From contig JAFCCL010000004.1 of the NCBI GenBank assembly GCA_017610205.1, forward strand, positions 1 to 64,000: 64,000 bases of DNA, read 5' to 3'. The translations under genes and the position numbers were made by a program. The stretch comes from Candidatus Iainarchaeum sp. GTDB lineage: Archaea > Iainarchaeota > Iainarchaeia > Iainarchaeales > GCA-2688035. The notes below the pieces were generated by a model, which was not told the origin of the DNA, did not search any database, and worked only from the letters and a program-made list of their open reading frames with translations. Numbering within the stretch: the stretch's first letter is position 1; each line of letters begins with the position of its first letter. Positions 37,613 through 47,560 of the stretch are shown here, in pieces.

Positions 37613-39718
37613 CTAATTCCTTTGCCCAATTGCTTCCTTTACCTTTTTTGCAACACCCTCACCCAAAATTCTTGACAGGTCCTTTTTGTCAATTTTTTTC
37701 AAATCTGAAACAGACCTTACATTGCTGCGCCAAAGCCTTCTTGCCCTCGCCCTTCCAATATTTCTTACCTCTGTAAGGCACAAAAGTTCCTCTTTTACAC
37801 CATACTTCAGCCGTTTCCTAAGCTTTGACAACGCAACAAAATGCATTTCAAGATTCAAAAGTTTTGCAATCTCAAGGGCAGAATAGCAAAGCCAGTCACA
37901 GCGATTAAGTTTTGCATGCAAAATTCCAGGCTGTGTTTTAAAGTCATCCATAATTGTTTGTTCCCTTGCCTCATCAATCCACAGTCCAATCATTTCAGCA
38001 GTGTTAAATTTTCGCAAAAGATTTAAGTCAAAAAACATTTCGCTGTCAAGATTAATAGGCATTTCAAGCTTGTGCAACTGCAATTGCTCCCAGAGCTCTG
38101 GTTCCCTTGCCTTTGGAACAGAAAGCCAGGGTATCATTTCACTGCAGTTGCATAAAAGGAAAAGATAGGAAAGTGGTGAAAATTTTGAAGAGGAATTCAT
38201 TCCCTTAATCATTTCAAAAGCACTCATTGGATCAAGATAGAGTTCGCTTATGCGCCTGCCCAAAGCAGTTGCCTCAATTCTTTTTTCATCAGATTCAACA
38301 AAGCCCATTTCCTCAAGCTGTTCAAGCACACTCTGCAGCTTTTCAAACAAAGCCTGCATGTTTCCAAATTGTTTTGCATAAAATGTTTTTTTGAAAAAGG
38401 ATTCAATGCTTGCAAGGTCAAAAACAAAATTGCTTGCAACAAGGGCAAGCATGTGCATTCTAAGAACTGGTTCAACCCCAAGCCTTGACCCAATAGGCTC
38501 TATTGCTCCGTTGACATATTTTTCCAAAAGCTCGTCTTTTTCGGTTTCGCACCTTGCCACAATAATTCCTCTTCCCTCCGTGTCATAGCGCGGTCTTCCA
38601 GCACGTCCAACTTGTTGTTTGAATTCAGCAACAGGAATGCGAACCATTCCAGCAGCAGTGTACCTGTAAAGCGACGGAATTATCACAGTATGGCTTGGAA
38701 GGTTGACGCCAGCGCAAAGCGTCGGCGTGGCAGCAATAAGCCTTACTTTGTTTGACCTAAATGCATCTTCAACCAAAGTCCTTTGCTTTGAAAGCAATCC
38801 TGCGTGATGAAAGGCAACTCCTTTTGAAACAAGACTGGAAAGTTTTCTGCATTGTTCGGTTGGAGACTCCAAGACCGAAAGAATTTTTTCACCTTCCTTT
38901 CCTAAATCATTTTTTTCCTCATCCTTCAGCTCTTTTTCAACAAGCGGAGCAAGCTGTGCAGCAATATTTTCAGCCCTCTTTCTGGTGTTTGCAAAAATCA
39001 TTGCCTGCTTTCCTTTAGCAAACAACGTGTCCTTAACCAATGCCTTTACAGGCTCTTTCAAATCAAGCTGTTCTCTTTTTCCCTTTCCATAATCTATTTC
39101 ACCATCAAAAAAAATTCCTTCCCTTAAAGGAATTGGCCTGTAATTGCTTTCAACCAATTCGGCTCCAAGCCATTCCGAAAGCTCTCCTGCATTTGGAATT
39201 GTCGCACTCAAAGAAAGAATTCTTAGCCGTGGATTAAGATGCCTCAATTTTGTTACAGTCATTTCAATTGTCGGACCCCTGTCAGAGCCAAGCATGTGAA
39301 CTTCGTCAATTACAAGCAGTGCAACAGACACAAGCCAGTCAGCCCTGTGGCGAAGCAATGAATCAAGCTTTTCATAAGTTGAGAAAATGATGTCATAATT
39401 TTGCAAGTGTCTGCTGCTTGAATCAAGTTCTCCTGTACTAAGCCCTGCTCTTATTTTTAATTCAGAACAATACTTTTTTTTGAATTCAGAAAAATGCTCA
39501 GAGGCAAGGGCTCTCAAAGGACAGGTGTAAATTACTTTTCGTTTTTTGTTCATTATTGAATCCAGTGAAGCAATTTCTGCAAGCAAAGTCTTTCCTGACG
39601 CAGTTGGCGCAGAAACAACAACGCTTTTTTCAAAAAAACCCTTTTTCAATGCCTTAGCCTGCATTGGATTAAATTTGGAAATTCCACTAAGCTTTAACGC
39701 CTGCTTTTTTGCATCCAT
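37613..39718 (-). CDS. hel308: Ski2-like helicase Hel308
   Basis: PTASGKT, PLRALASE, DEVH, LSATI.N, FHHAGL, TPTL.AGVNLP, GRAGRP.YD, C-terminal HhH. Confidence 0.95.
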   Translation of the reverse strand: MDAKKQALKLSGISKFNPMQAKALKKGFFEKSVVVSAPTASGKTLLAEIASLDSIMNKKRKVIYTCPLRALASEHFSEFKKKYCSELKIRAGLSTGELDSSSRHLQNYDIIFSTYEKLDSLLRHRADWLVSVALLVIDEVHMLGSDRGPTIEMTVTKLRHLNPRLRILSLSATIPNAGELSEWLGAELVESNYRPIPLREGIFFDGEIDYGKGKREQLDLKEPVKALVKDTLFAKGKQAMIFANTRKRAENIAAQLAPLVEKELKDEEKNDLGKEGEKILSVLESPTEQCRKLSSLVSKGVAFHHAGLLSKQRTLVEDAFRSNKVRLIAATPTLCAGVNLPSHTVIIPSLYRYTAAGMVRIPVAEFKQQVGRAGRPRYDTEGRGIIVARCETEKDELLEKYVNGAIEPIGSRLGVEPVLRMHMLALVASNFVFDLASIESFFKKTFYAKQFGNMQALFEKLQSVLEQLEEMGFVESDEKRIEATALGRRISELYLDPMSAFEMIKGMNSSSKFSPLSYLFLLCNCSEMIPWLSVPKAREPELWEQLQLHKLEMPINLDSEMFFDLNLLRKFNTAEMIGLWIDEAREQTIMDDFKTQPGILHAKLNRCDWLCYSALEIAKLLNLEMHFVALSKLRKRLKYGVKEELLCLTEVRNIGRARARRLWRSNVRSVSDLKKIDKKDLSRILGEGVAKKVKEAIGQRN

Positions 39719-39830
39719 TCAAATAATTTTCCATGAATGGCTTTAAAAGGAAAAGCAGGGTAGCTTTCCGGTAAAAAATTAATTCGCAGAACATTCTGAA
39801 GATTCAACAAGCTGGTTGAAAGAATTAACT

Positions 39831-40409
39831 TCAGGAACATTCAGATGATTCAACAAGCTGGTTGAAATAAGAAAGGTTTTCCGGGCGATTTTCCTTGTCA
39901 TTCATTAAAAGCACTGCAACAATCTTGTTATTGCAAAAAGTAACTGCAATATCTGACAAAACAGTGGTTTCTTCGTCCGATGCTTCTGATTCAAGCACAA
40001 CCCAGTCAAGCTGCCCTATTCTTTTTATTTCAGGATGGCTGGACATGTTTATTCCTGAAATTTCTGTTGCATTAATCCAATCAAGTGGAATTTCAGATAC
40101 GTTGGAATATCCCCTTTCATTGTCAGCCATTAAAATTCCTATAAAACTCATTTCCGAATCATCGCCTTCGTTCTTCATAAGCAAAAAAACCGGTTCACTT
40201 CCAGTATCAGAAACCAGTGCATTGAAAATCGCCTGACCTAAAGGGGCATTAGTCCAGTCAATCCATTCACTGCTTGCAGGTGCAATCATGCTAAAGCCAT
40301 ATTTTTCAAAAGACTTTGGTTCCTCAATTGGCTCTGGCGCAGAACCAAGGCATCCGCTGAAAGCAACAACTGCAAGAAAAAAACATGCAAGAAAAATTCC
40401 TTTTTTCAT
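39831..40409 (-). CDS. Lipoprotein (PsbP-like fold possible)
   Basis: Lipobox FSGC; GFS...P...W; F.QLVES. Confidence 0.75.
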   Translation of the reverse strand: MKKGIFLACFFLAVVAFSGCLGSAPEPIEEPKSFEKYGFSMIAPASSEWIDWTNAPLGQAIFNALVSDTGSEPVFLLMKNEGDDSEMSFIGILMADNERGYSNVSEIPLDWINATEISGINMSSHPEIKRIGQLDWVVLESEASDEETTVLSDIAVTFCNNKIVAVLLMNDKENRPENLSYFNQLVESSECS

Positions 40410-40464
40410 AACCTAAAAAAAGACCGAAATTGTATTTAAAACTTGCCTTATTTAAAAAAAAATG

Positions 40465-40974
40465 TTAAAATTGTTTTTTCCCTGAAAAAAATAGGAATGC
40501 AAGAACTGAAAAGGCAATCAAAGGCAGCAAAAGAACGGAAAATTCCGGAACAGGAGGCGGTTTGGAAATGAAAAGAGTTAAAGTCTTGAACTTTTGCGCA
40601 TGCAGGGAAGGGATGCCATCACCAACAGTTGGATAAAAGAAATAAAGGCCAGGTCCCCAGTTTCCTTGAACATTAACAGTAAAATTATGATTATCAGTGT
40701 TACCAACAGCCACAGGAATTGAACTTAAGCTGCTAGCAATAAATTTTTGGACACCTGCACTATCCTTAACAACAAGGCCAACAGTTGTACTGCCATCAGT
40801 GTCGCCAATATTCCTAATCACCACATCAACATCAACATTCACAGAACCTGCAGGGCCAACAGAAACAAAAGTATCTGACAAATCAAAGGAAAAAATCTGG
40901 AACTCGGCTTGGGCAAAAGCGTTGCCTGCAAAAAACAGAACAAAAAGCAGTGAAAGGAAATGCAATAATTTCAT
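40465..40974 (-). CDS. Secreted Ig-like protein with PEF-CTERM-like sorting signal
   Basis: Signal peptide AFA; C-terminus PPPVPEF + TM + GKK. Confidence 0.82.
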   Translation of the reverse strand: MKLLHFLSLLFVLFFAGNAFAQAEFQIFSFDLSDTFVSVGPAGSVNVDVDVVIRNIGDTDGSTTVGLVVKDSAGVQKFIASSLSSIPVAVGNTDNHNFTVNVQGNWGPGLYFFYPTVGDGIPSLHAQKFKTLTLFISKPPPVPEFSVLLLPLIAFSVLAFLFFSGKKQF

Positions 40975-41019
40975 TCACATAAAAAAAGGCAAAAGGAGTA
41001 TTTAAAGCTTGACAAAGCC

Positions 41020-41184
41020 CTAAAAGCTTGACCATCTTGCAAGTTCCTGCATTGCATTTATATCCTGGTCAAGAGCATGAGCCAAAACCAGGTTACTTTT
41101 TGAACACCTGCCATTTTTTTGGGCCTTGACTTGCATTGGATTAAACCATGAAATGCCATAGAGCCCAAGAACCTTTTTTTTCAC
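41020..41184 (-). pseudogene. Chimeric remnant: hel308 N-terminal fragment fused in frame to the C-terminus of gene 42060-42713
   Basis: VKKKVLGLYGISWFNPMQVKAQKNG (cf. Hel308 AKKQALKLSGISKFNPMQAKALKKG)...ALDQDINAMQELARWSSF*. Confidence 0.7.
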
Positions 41185-41256
41185 ATTCGTGTAATTAATT
41201 GGTTTGTAAATGGGTTTAAAATTAAGGCAAGGAGTTGGTTTCAGGTAGAAAAAAAT

Positions 41257-41511
41257 CTACTCAAATATTATTTTTTCAATTTCTGACTTCATTTTGACAT
41301 TGAGTGAAACATGCAGGCCATAGCCAGTGGGCTTTTTCACAATTATTCCTTCTCTTGCAAGCTGCTCCAATTCTTTCTTGACCTCTTTCCACAACTCTTT
41401 TGGAAAGCCTTTGGGAATGTTGTCAAAAGCAGTGTGCTTTCCGCCCCACCACCTGTGCCTAACCATTTTGCGCAAAATTCGCCTTCTAATCCCAAAAGAA
41501 GAAAGTTTCAT
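41257..41511 (-). CDS. Small winged-helix-like protein (possibly TA-associated)
   Basis: WGGKHT...N..KG.P...K.L..L...G....KPT.YG..VSLN. Confidence 0.65.
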   Translation of the reverse strand: MKLSSFGIRRRILRKMVRHRWWGGKHTAFDNIPKGFPKELWKEVKKELEQLAREGIIVKKPTGYGLHVSLNVKMKSEIEKIIFE

Positions 41512-41581
41512 TTATTGAAACATTAAGAGTAAAATATTTAAACTTAATTGTGGCTAGTAAAATATAGATTTAGATAAATAT

Positions 41582-41929
41582 TTGAAGGTGAATGATGCAA
41601 TGACTAAAGACAAATCCTTGTTTGTGGAATTTTTTGGAGACTATCCAATAATTAGGGTGCTGGACTTCCTGATAGAAAATGACATTTTTGACTACTCAAA
41701 AAAAGACATTGGCAGGAATGCCGACGTTTCCTGGAACACGCTGGAAAATTTTTGGAGTAGGCTGGAGGAAACAGGGGTTGTAACCTACACCAGAAAGGTT
41801 GGCAAGGCAAAAATGTACAAGGTCAACACAAAAAACCAAGTGGTGCAGCAGCTGATTGAGCTGGACAACAAGTTAATGAAAAATTCAATGGAAAAACTTG
41901 AGCCAGAAAAACTAAAAGCGCTTGCGTGA
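41582..41929 (+). CDS. wHTH transcriptional regulator / antitoxin-like protein
   Basis: FG.YP.IRVLDFL.EN..FDYS..DI...A.VSW.TL, TRKVGKAKMY..N. Confidence 0.75.
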   Translation: MKVNDAMTKDKSLFVEFFGDYPIIRVLDFLIENDIFDYSKKDIGRNADVSWNTLENFWSRLEETGVVTYTRKVGKAKMYKVNTKNQVVQQLIELDNKLMKNSMEKLEPEKLKALA

Positions 41930-42059
41930 AAAATATAAGTTTATAATATTAGAAAAAGATACGATTAATGAGGTAAGAACAATTCCAAGACTAACGAAGA
42001 AACCTTTCATTACAAAGACCTGGAACAACAAACGGTAAAAAGTAAAGACAAAAAGTAAT

Positions 42060-42713
42060 TCAAAAGCTTGACCATCTTGCAAGTTCCTGCATTGCATTTA
42101 TATCCTGGTCAAGAGCTGCAAGCCTTTTTTTCAATTCGGTGATTTTGCGATTGCTTTGCTCCATTCTGAACTTTTGCAGTAGGTCAGCATATTGTGCAAC
42201 CTTTTTGCTCTTTTTGTAAACAATACTTTCGTCAACAGTTTGCACAAGCTGTTTCCTGTAATCAAGGTCTGAAACAAATGTTTTGACCATTGGCTTCCAC
42301 CTTGAATCAGCAACAAGGTGAACAGGCAGGCTTACCTTTTCTGAATCAGCCCTGTAATCTTTGTCAACCGCACATTTTGCCAAATGTTTCCAGTACAATG
42401 GCTCCTTCAATTTTTTGAGGTGGTGTATGTTGTGATAGCTTTTTGCACCGCTGAATTTCTTTTGCCAGCTTTCAAGCCTTGTATTGTACTTATGGTGCAA
42501 TGACCTTGTTTCCTCAATTTTTTTCCTAAGATGTGTTTTGGTTGGATACAACAGCTTTGGCCATGCGCCCTCATTTGGAGAAATGTGAAGCACGCCGCCT
42601 TTTGACAAATAGTGCTTTAAGGCAGCAACCCTTGCAGCTTCCTTTTCAATATTAATGTCAACAGGCAGCATTTTTTGCAGTTGCCCAAAAGAGCTTACAA
42701 GATCTTTTCTCAT
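42060..42713 (-). CDS. Hypothetical coiled-coil protein
   Basis: 217-aa ORF with host-like codon usage. Confidence 0.75.
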   Translation of the reverse strand: MRKDLVSSFGQLQKMLPVDINIEKEAARVAALKHYLSKGGVLHISPNEGAWPKLLYPTKTHLRKKIEETRSLHHKYNTRLESWQKKFSGAKSYHNIHHLKKLKEPLYWKHLAKCAVDKDYRADSEKVSLPVHLVADSRWKPMVKTFVSDLDYRKQLVQTVDESIVYKKSKKVAQYADLLQKFRMEQSNRKITELKKRLAALDQDINAMQELARWSSF

Positions 42714-42789
42714 GTAAAAATTATGTGTGGCGCAGGTTAAAAAGCTTTTTCTACCAGAAGAATTTTGAAAAAGAACAGGAGTTGATTAA

Positions 42790-43131
42790 ATGTTTCCAGG
42801 AATGAAAGGAATGGACCCAAGAGCAATGCAAAGAATGATGAAACAAATGGGCATAAAAAACGAAGAAATGGAAGCCGAACGAGTTGTAATTGAAGGAAAG
42901 ACAAAAAAGATAATTATTGAAAATCCAAGCGTAAACATTGTGGTAATGCAGGGAAAAAAAACCTACACCATAATGGGAGACGAAACAGAGCAGGAAAAAG
43001 GAATAAGCAGGGAAGACATTGAAATGGTTGTAAAACAGGCAAATGTTGACGAAAAAAAAGCGGAAGCCGCTTTGAAAAAAAACGAAGGAGACATTGCAGC
43101 CGCAATTCTTGAACTAAAAGGCGATGAGTAA
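42790..43131 (+). CDS. nac: Nascent polypeptide-associated complex protein
   Basis: MDPRAMQRMMKQMGI, V.IE...K.I.IENP.V, UBA-like EDIEMV..QA....A..AL....GDIA.AIL.L. Confidence 0.95.
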   Translation: MFPGMKGMDPRAMQRMMKQMGIKNEEMEAERVVIEGKTKKIIIENPSVNIVVMQGKKTYTIMGDETEQEKGISREDIEMVVKQANVDEKKAEAALKKNEGDIAAAILELKGDE

Positions 43132-43360
43132 AAAATTAAAGCAATTCAAATGTGGGAAAAAAGTCTTCAAATTGCATAAAAAAAATTCTTCAAATTTGTT
43201 TACATAACCCAGCCCAAACATCTTTTACTGCAGATTACTCAGTACAATTGTCAGATCATCATCGGCAAGTAGTATGAATCATACAAAAGGGTTTAAAGAA
43301 TAGGCAAGCAATAGATAAGTTTTAAATATTGATAGGCACATAATTAGTATGTGATAAATT

Positions 43361-43603
43361 ATGAGGAATATTACTTTGTCAATAACAGATGAAACAAAAA
43401 ACAAAATGGAAAGCCACCCTGAAGTGCGTTGGTCCAATGCAGTAAGGGTAATTATTGAGCGAAAACTCAACGACTTTAGAATAGCAGAGGCACTAGCCCA
43501 AAAAAGCAGGCTGACTGAAAAAGATGTTCAGGCCCTCTCGAAAAAAGTTAACAGAGCAATGGGAAAGCACGCAAAGGGGCTATTAAATGAGGGTTACAGT
43601 TGA
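43361..43603 (+). CDS. RHH-type antitoxin (VapB-like)
   Basis: NITLSI...K..M..HPEV.WS; overlaps the downstream PIN gene. Confidence 0.8.
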   Translation: MRNITLSITDETKNKMESHPEVRWSNAVRVIIERKLNDFRIAEALAQKSRLTEKDVQALSKKVNRAMGKHAKGLLNEGYS

Positions 43604-43997
43604 TGCAAACATTCTCTTTGCTGCATTGCTAAAAAGCGGAACAACAAGGGAACTGTGGTTTGGACCAGAAATAGAACTCTATGCACCACATTTTCTCTTA
43701 AAAGAATTCAAAAAATACGCAAATTACTTAAAAGGAAAATTTGTAGGCAGTGAAGAAGAGTTTCAAACACTGTACAACAAAATAACAGCACAGGTTTTCC
43801 TGATTGAAGACTCAGAGCTAAAGCCCTTTTTGCCAGCAGCTGCTTCATTAATTAAAGACCCTGATGACTGGCTATATCTTGCATGTGCCCTAAAAGAAGA
43901 CACAATAGTCTGGAGCGAAGACAAAGGATTCAAAACACAAAACAGGATAAAAACACTTACCACAAAAGAAATGATAAAAGAGTTTGGAAGGCTTTGA
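43587..43997 (+). CDS. PIN-domain toxin (VapC-like)
   Basis: VDANILFAAL, E, DPDD..YLACA, WSEDK. Confidence 0.9.
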   Translation: MRVTVDANILFAALLKSGTTRELWFGPEIELYAPHFLLKEFKKYANYLKGKFVGSEEEFQTLYNKITAQVFLIEDSELKPFLPAAASLIKDPDDWLYLACALKEDTIVWSEDKGFKTQNRIKTLTTKEMIKEFGRL

Positions 43998-44070
43998 AAG
44001 GGCGAACTGAAACGAAAATTAAAGTATATTACCCTTAATACACCAGACTGATTCTTCAAATTGTACAAAA

Positions 44071-45417
44071 CTATTCTTCAACTGCCTGTGCTGATTGAAC
44101 AAAGCCCCTTACAAGAACGAAATCCACTTTGACATTAACTGTGTCACCAACTGAATGTCCTGTTTTAAGCACAGCAGGAACAACACCTGTGTCAATAGCA
44201 TAAGTACTGTTTAAATCGTCAGGGTCGGAGAGTTCAAGTATGGCAAGCTCTCCAGGTTGGGTTAGTTCTGCAACAAGACCCTCTGATTCAAGCAAGGCCA
44301 GCAAATCAGAAGCAGGAATTGTTGAGTTTTCCAAAACAAGTTCAACCTGTCCGGAAATCAGACCCTCTTCCTCTTCAAGTGTTGCATCAATTTCAAGTTC
44401 TTCAAGCTTTGATTTAATTAATTCTTTTTTTTCTGAAAAAGAGCTGCTTGTAATTTCTTCAAAGGAAATTTCTGCAGCCAAAGGCTGGTTTTCAACAGAA
44501 ACACCGGATGCATTGATGTCGTTTAGAAAAATTTCAAGCTCTGAAAATTTTTCTTCCCCAATTTCTTCACCGTTTATTGAAATTTTTTCCCTAACCTCGG
44601 ACATAAAAACAACTGCGTTGTTTACATCAGCAATTTCTGCAATTTGTTCTTCAAGCAAAACAAGGGAGTCAAGCAGACTGTAAGGCAAACCTGCTTCGAA
44701 AAGCAACAGGCTTTCAAGAGAAACAACTTCTGCTTCAATTTCAGAGCTTTTTTGCACAGGTGCAGCAGTAAGATTTTCTTCTTCAACCGCCATAATGTTT
44801 GTGGCATCAGCTCCAACAAAAGTTGCTGAAACCGACACAGTTAATTGGTCACCCTCCATTGCATCAAAACCAACAAGGGCTTCGCTAATGTTTTCAGAAA
44901 AAGCATGAGTTCGGGAAAGTCCAAGGGCAGAATCACGGCTTTGCATTTCAATTTCCGAAGGAAATTCAACCAAAGCAAAAGTATAGCCGTCAATGTACTC
45001 CAAAGAGGTTTCTTGCCCAAGCCTTTCAATTACAAAATCAAGATTTAAATCAGTGTCAAAACTTATTTCTGCAACGTAAACATAGCCTTTTCCAAGAAAA
45101 GTGTAGGGAGATTGTTCAAATCCTGCATTAAGCCTCTTAATTCCCTCAATTGCATAAATACTATTGTTTACTGCAATAATGTCTGTTTCGGTTGTTTCTG
45201 CCTGAATTCTCATTGTTGGAAGCATTTGGTCAACCTTTACAACAACATTTTCTGCAACAAAATCAATTGAGGTTGCAGGCAAAACAGGTTTGTCTCCATT
45301 GTCAGAATCAGGCTTCTGGTCAGGAAAGCTGTAAAAGGCAGTAACTCCAACAATTGAACCAATCAAAAGAACGGAAATAAAAATTGAAAAAATTGTTTTA
45401 AGGTCAAATTCCATCAA
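44071..45417 (-). CDS. Acidic hypothetical protein with N-terminal membrane anchor
   Basis: 448-aa ORF, TM at residues ~9-28, E/D-rich. Confidence 0.75.
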   Translation of the reverse strand: MMEFDLKTIFSIFISVLLIGSIVGVTAFYSFPDQKPDSDNGDKPVLPATSIDFVAENVVVKVDQMLPTMRIQAETTETDIIAVNNSIYAIEGIKRLNAGFEQSPYTFLGKGYVYVAEISFDTDLNLDFVIERLGQETSLEYIDGYTFALVEFPSEIEMQSRDSALGLSRTHAFSENISEALVGFDAMEGDQLTVSVSATFVGADATNIMAVEEENLTAAPVQKSSEIEAEVVSLESLLLFEAGLPYSLLDSLVLLEEQIAEIADVNNAVVFMSEVREKISINGEEIGEEKFSELEIFLNDINASGVSVENQPLAAEISFEEITSSSFSEKKELIKSKLEELEIDATLEEEEGLISGQVELVLENSTIPASDLLALLESEGLVAELTQPGELAILELSDPDDLNSTYAIDTGVVPAVLKTGHSVGDTVNVKVDFVLVRGFVQSAQAVEE

Positions 45418-45556
45418 AAATCACAAAAAAAACCTTTAATTTAAAGCCAATTAAGGAGGAAAAAAAATAATAAGGTAAGCTATTGCTTAGATTTTGCACA
45501 AATTGCCATTACTTAACTTTTCCATAATTTCCATTGCTTAGGTTTTGCATTTACAG

Positions 45557-47416
45557 CTAACTTTTTCGCCTTTCTGAAAAGAACAGTATTGCAAGAGCTG
45601 AAAAGGCAAGCAACGGAATAAAAACAAGGTCAAGCTCTGGCACTGCAGCAGGCTGACCCACTGTGAAAAATACTGATTCCGTATCCGAAGGATCAAACTT
45701 GCCAACCTCATAAGCCTCTACAATAAGCTGGTAGGAACCGGAAGGAAGGAGAGAAACATCAAGGTTGTGTATTAAATCGGCGTGAATTGCTGAATCCCAA
45801 ACTTCTGTTCCTTCCAAAGCAATTGATTTATGGACTCCGCTTACACTAACCTCAGGAACTATAGGCAAGCCTGTAACAGCATCAACAACAGAAAGCTTTA
45901 TTTCAGCATTGACAGTATTATCACCAGAATTCAAAACAGCAATATCTAATGAAGTAAAACTTGGAGTTGCAGAATCAAGTGCAAGAGGCTCTGCAAACAA
46001 TTGAGTAATATTCAAAACACCCTGACCTGTGGAAGCGACAACATTGAAAGGTTTTGTCACAGTGCCCTTGCTGCCAGCAACCAATTCAAATGTTTCAGCA
46101 CTTATTACATAATCATCAATGTCAAGGATTTCTTCTCCAAGACCACCGGCTGCAATCAAATCAAAAGACCCAACTGTTCCAGCTAGAATGGGTTGTGCTC
46201 CAGTAGTAATTGGAATGCCAACAGTAGGTATTTCTGCCTCAACATAAATATTGTAAGCTGTTAAACTGCTTACAGCAACATCAGCCCTTGCCATTGAAAA
46301 CTCGCTTCCCCTTGGCAAAGGAATCGGAGAAGCAAAAACCTTTGTGCCAAAAACAAAAACACGCGCTCCAGGAACACTGCAGACAACATTGGCCACACCA
46401 TTAGGAAGAGAAACAACAATTGGACCCATTTGCCCAAGCGCGTCATAGGGACCGCAGGTAAAAGTGCATATTCCATTTGCACCGCCACTGCATGAAAAAT
46501 CAGCTGCAGAAACACCAGCGCTTCCGCAGTTAATTGATAAATAATCAGGAGGCATTGTATCAAAACCTGCATAAGCAACAGTAACACCAACAATTCCGCT
46601 TTCAATTTCAATCTCTGAAGGAGAAAAACCTACTCCGCAAACACCTGTCCCTGGAACGCTAACAGATATTGTAGTGGTGTCAGTATCCTGCAATCCACCT
46701 AAATCAGTCACAGTCAATGTAACGTCAGCAATGCCCTCATCACTACAAGTAATTGAAGGCTTCATGCCAGTTGCAGTTACAGTACAACCAGGATCGACAG
46801 CCGGGTCATTTGCAATAACCCAATCATAAGTCAGCATAGAGCAATTAGTAAATCCCACACCACAATCTTCATCATCCATAGAACCAGAACCGTCCAAATC
46901 AACAGCATTAGGCAATATTATAACATGCGGAGCACCTGCATCAGCAACAGGAGCAGTATTCAAAACCTCAGCACTGCTGCAGCATACTTTTGTTGCATAA
47001 GGTGCATCTGTGCATGTTGCAATATGGGCATTTGTTGTATCAGAAATTGTTGCAATGCATTCTTCATCAGCATTACAGCTTGCACGATAACTGCATTTCA
47101 AATCACCATAATAAACAGTTGTAGGATAACCAGCTGTTGCAACATGGGCATTGGTTTGACCTGAAAGTGTAAGAACATCGTTAGTTGCAGTGCTAGCATG
47201 CGGGCTTGCTCCAGTGTATTCTTTGCCAAAGATGTCGTCATAACATATTTCTGTAGTGTAACCTCCTGCACCGTTCCAGAGTTCAGCATGTGCGTTGGTT
47301 GGACTGCTAATTCTCATTATAAGTTGGGAATCGTCACCAGGCAATCCTGCACAGGCAGCAAAAGCTGAGGGAAAAAGAAAAAGTGCAAGCAATGCAATGA
47401 AAGCAATTTTGTTCAT
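45557..47416 (-). CDS. Secreted surface protein (TNAH-repeat domain + PKD-like) with PEF-like C-terminal signal
   Basis: Signal peptide; three TNAH repeats; N.APVADAG..LDGSGS.D PKD motif; C-terminus AAVPEL + TM + RRK. Confidence 0.82.
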   Translation of the reverse strand: MNKIAFIALLALFLFPSAFAACAGLPGDDSQLIMRISSPTNAHAELWNGAGGYTTEICYDDIFGKEYTGASPHASTATNDVLTLSGQTNAHVATAGYPTTVYYGDLKCSYRASCNADEECIATISDTTNAHIATCTDAPYATKVCCSSAEVLNTAPVADAGAPHVIILPNAVDLDGSGSMDDEDCGVGFTNCSMLTYDWVIANDPAVDPGCTVTATGMKPSITCSDEGIADVTLTVTDLGGLQDTDTTTISVSVPGTGVCGVGFSPSEIEIESGIVGVTVAYAGFDTMPPDYLSINCGSAGVSAADFSCSGGANGICTFTCGPYDALGQMGPIVVSLPNGVANVVCSVPGARVFVFGTKVFASPIPLPRGSEFSMARADVAVSSLTAYNIYVEAEIPTVGIPITTGAQPILAGTVGSFDLIAAGGLGEEILDIDDYVISAETFELVAGSKGTVTKPFNVVASTGQGVLNITQLFAEPLALDSATPSFTSLDIAVLNSGDNTVNAEIKLSVVDAVTGLPIVPEVSVSGVHKSIALEGTEVWDSAIHADLIHNLDVSLLPSGSYQLIVEAYEVGKFDPSDTESVFFTVGQPAAVPELDLVFIPLLAFSALAILFFSERRKS

Positions 47417-47560
47417 TTACTTTATTTAGTGATTTGTTATATTTAAGGTTAATTATAATACAAAAAAAAAGGCCCGAAGGCAAAAAATTGCCATAAGCAG
47501 CAATTTCAAAAAAAAAAATAAAAGTTTATTAATAACAAAAGCATTAAAATTACTGATTAA

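Larger units (their letters stand above)
41022..42116. repeat. 55-bp perfect direct repeat flanking ~1 kb
   Basis: 41022-41076 identical to 42062-42116. Confidence 0.95.

Noticed and set aside
43215-43265. C/D box sRNA on the minus strand (ATGATGA...CTGA)
   Set aside because: No convincing C' box or terminal D box at proper spacing
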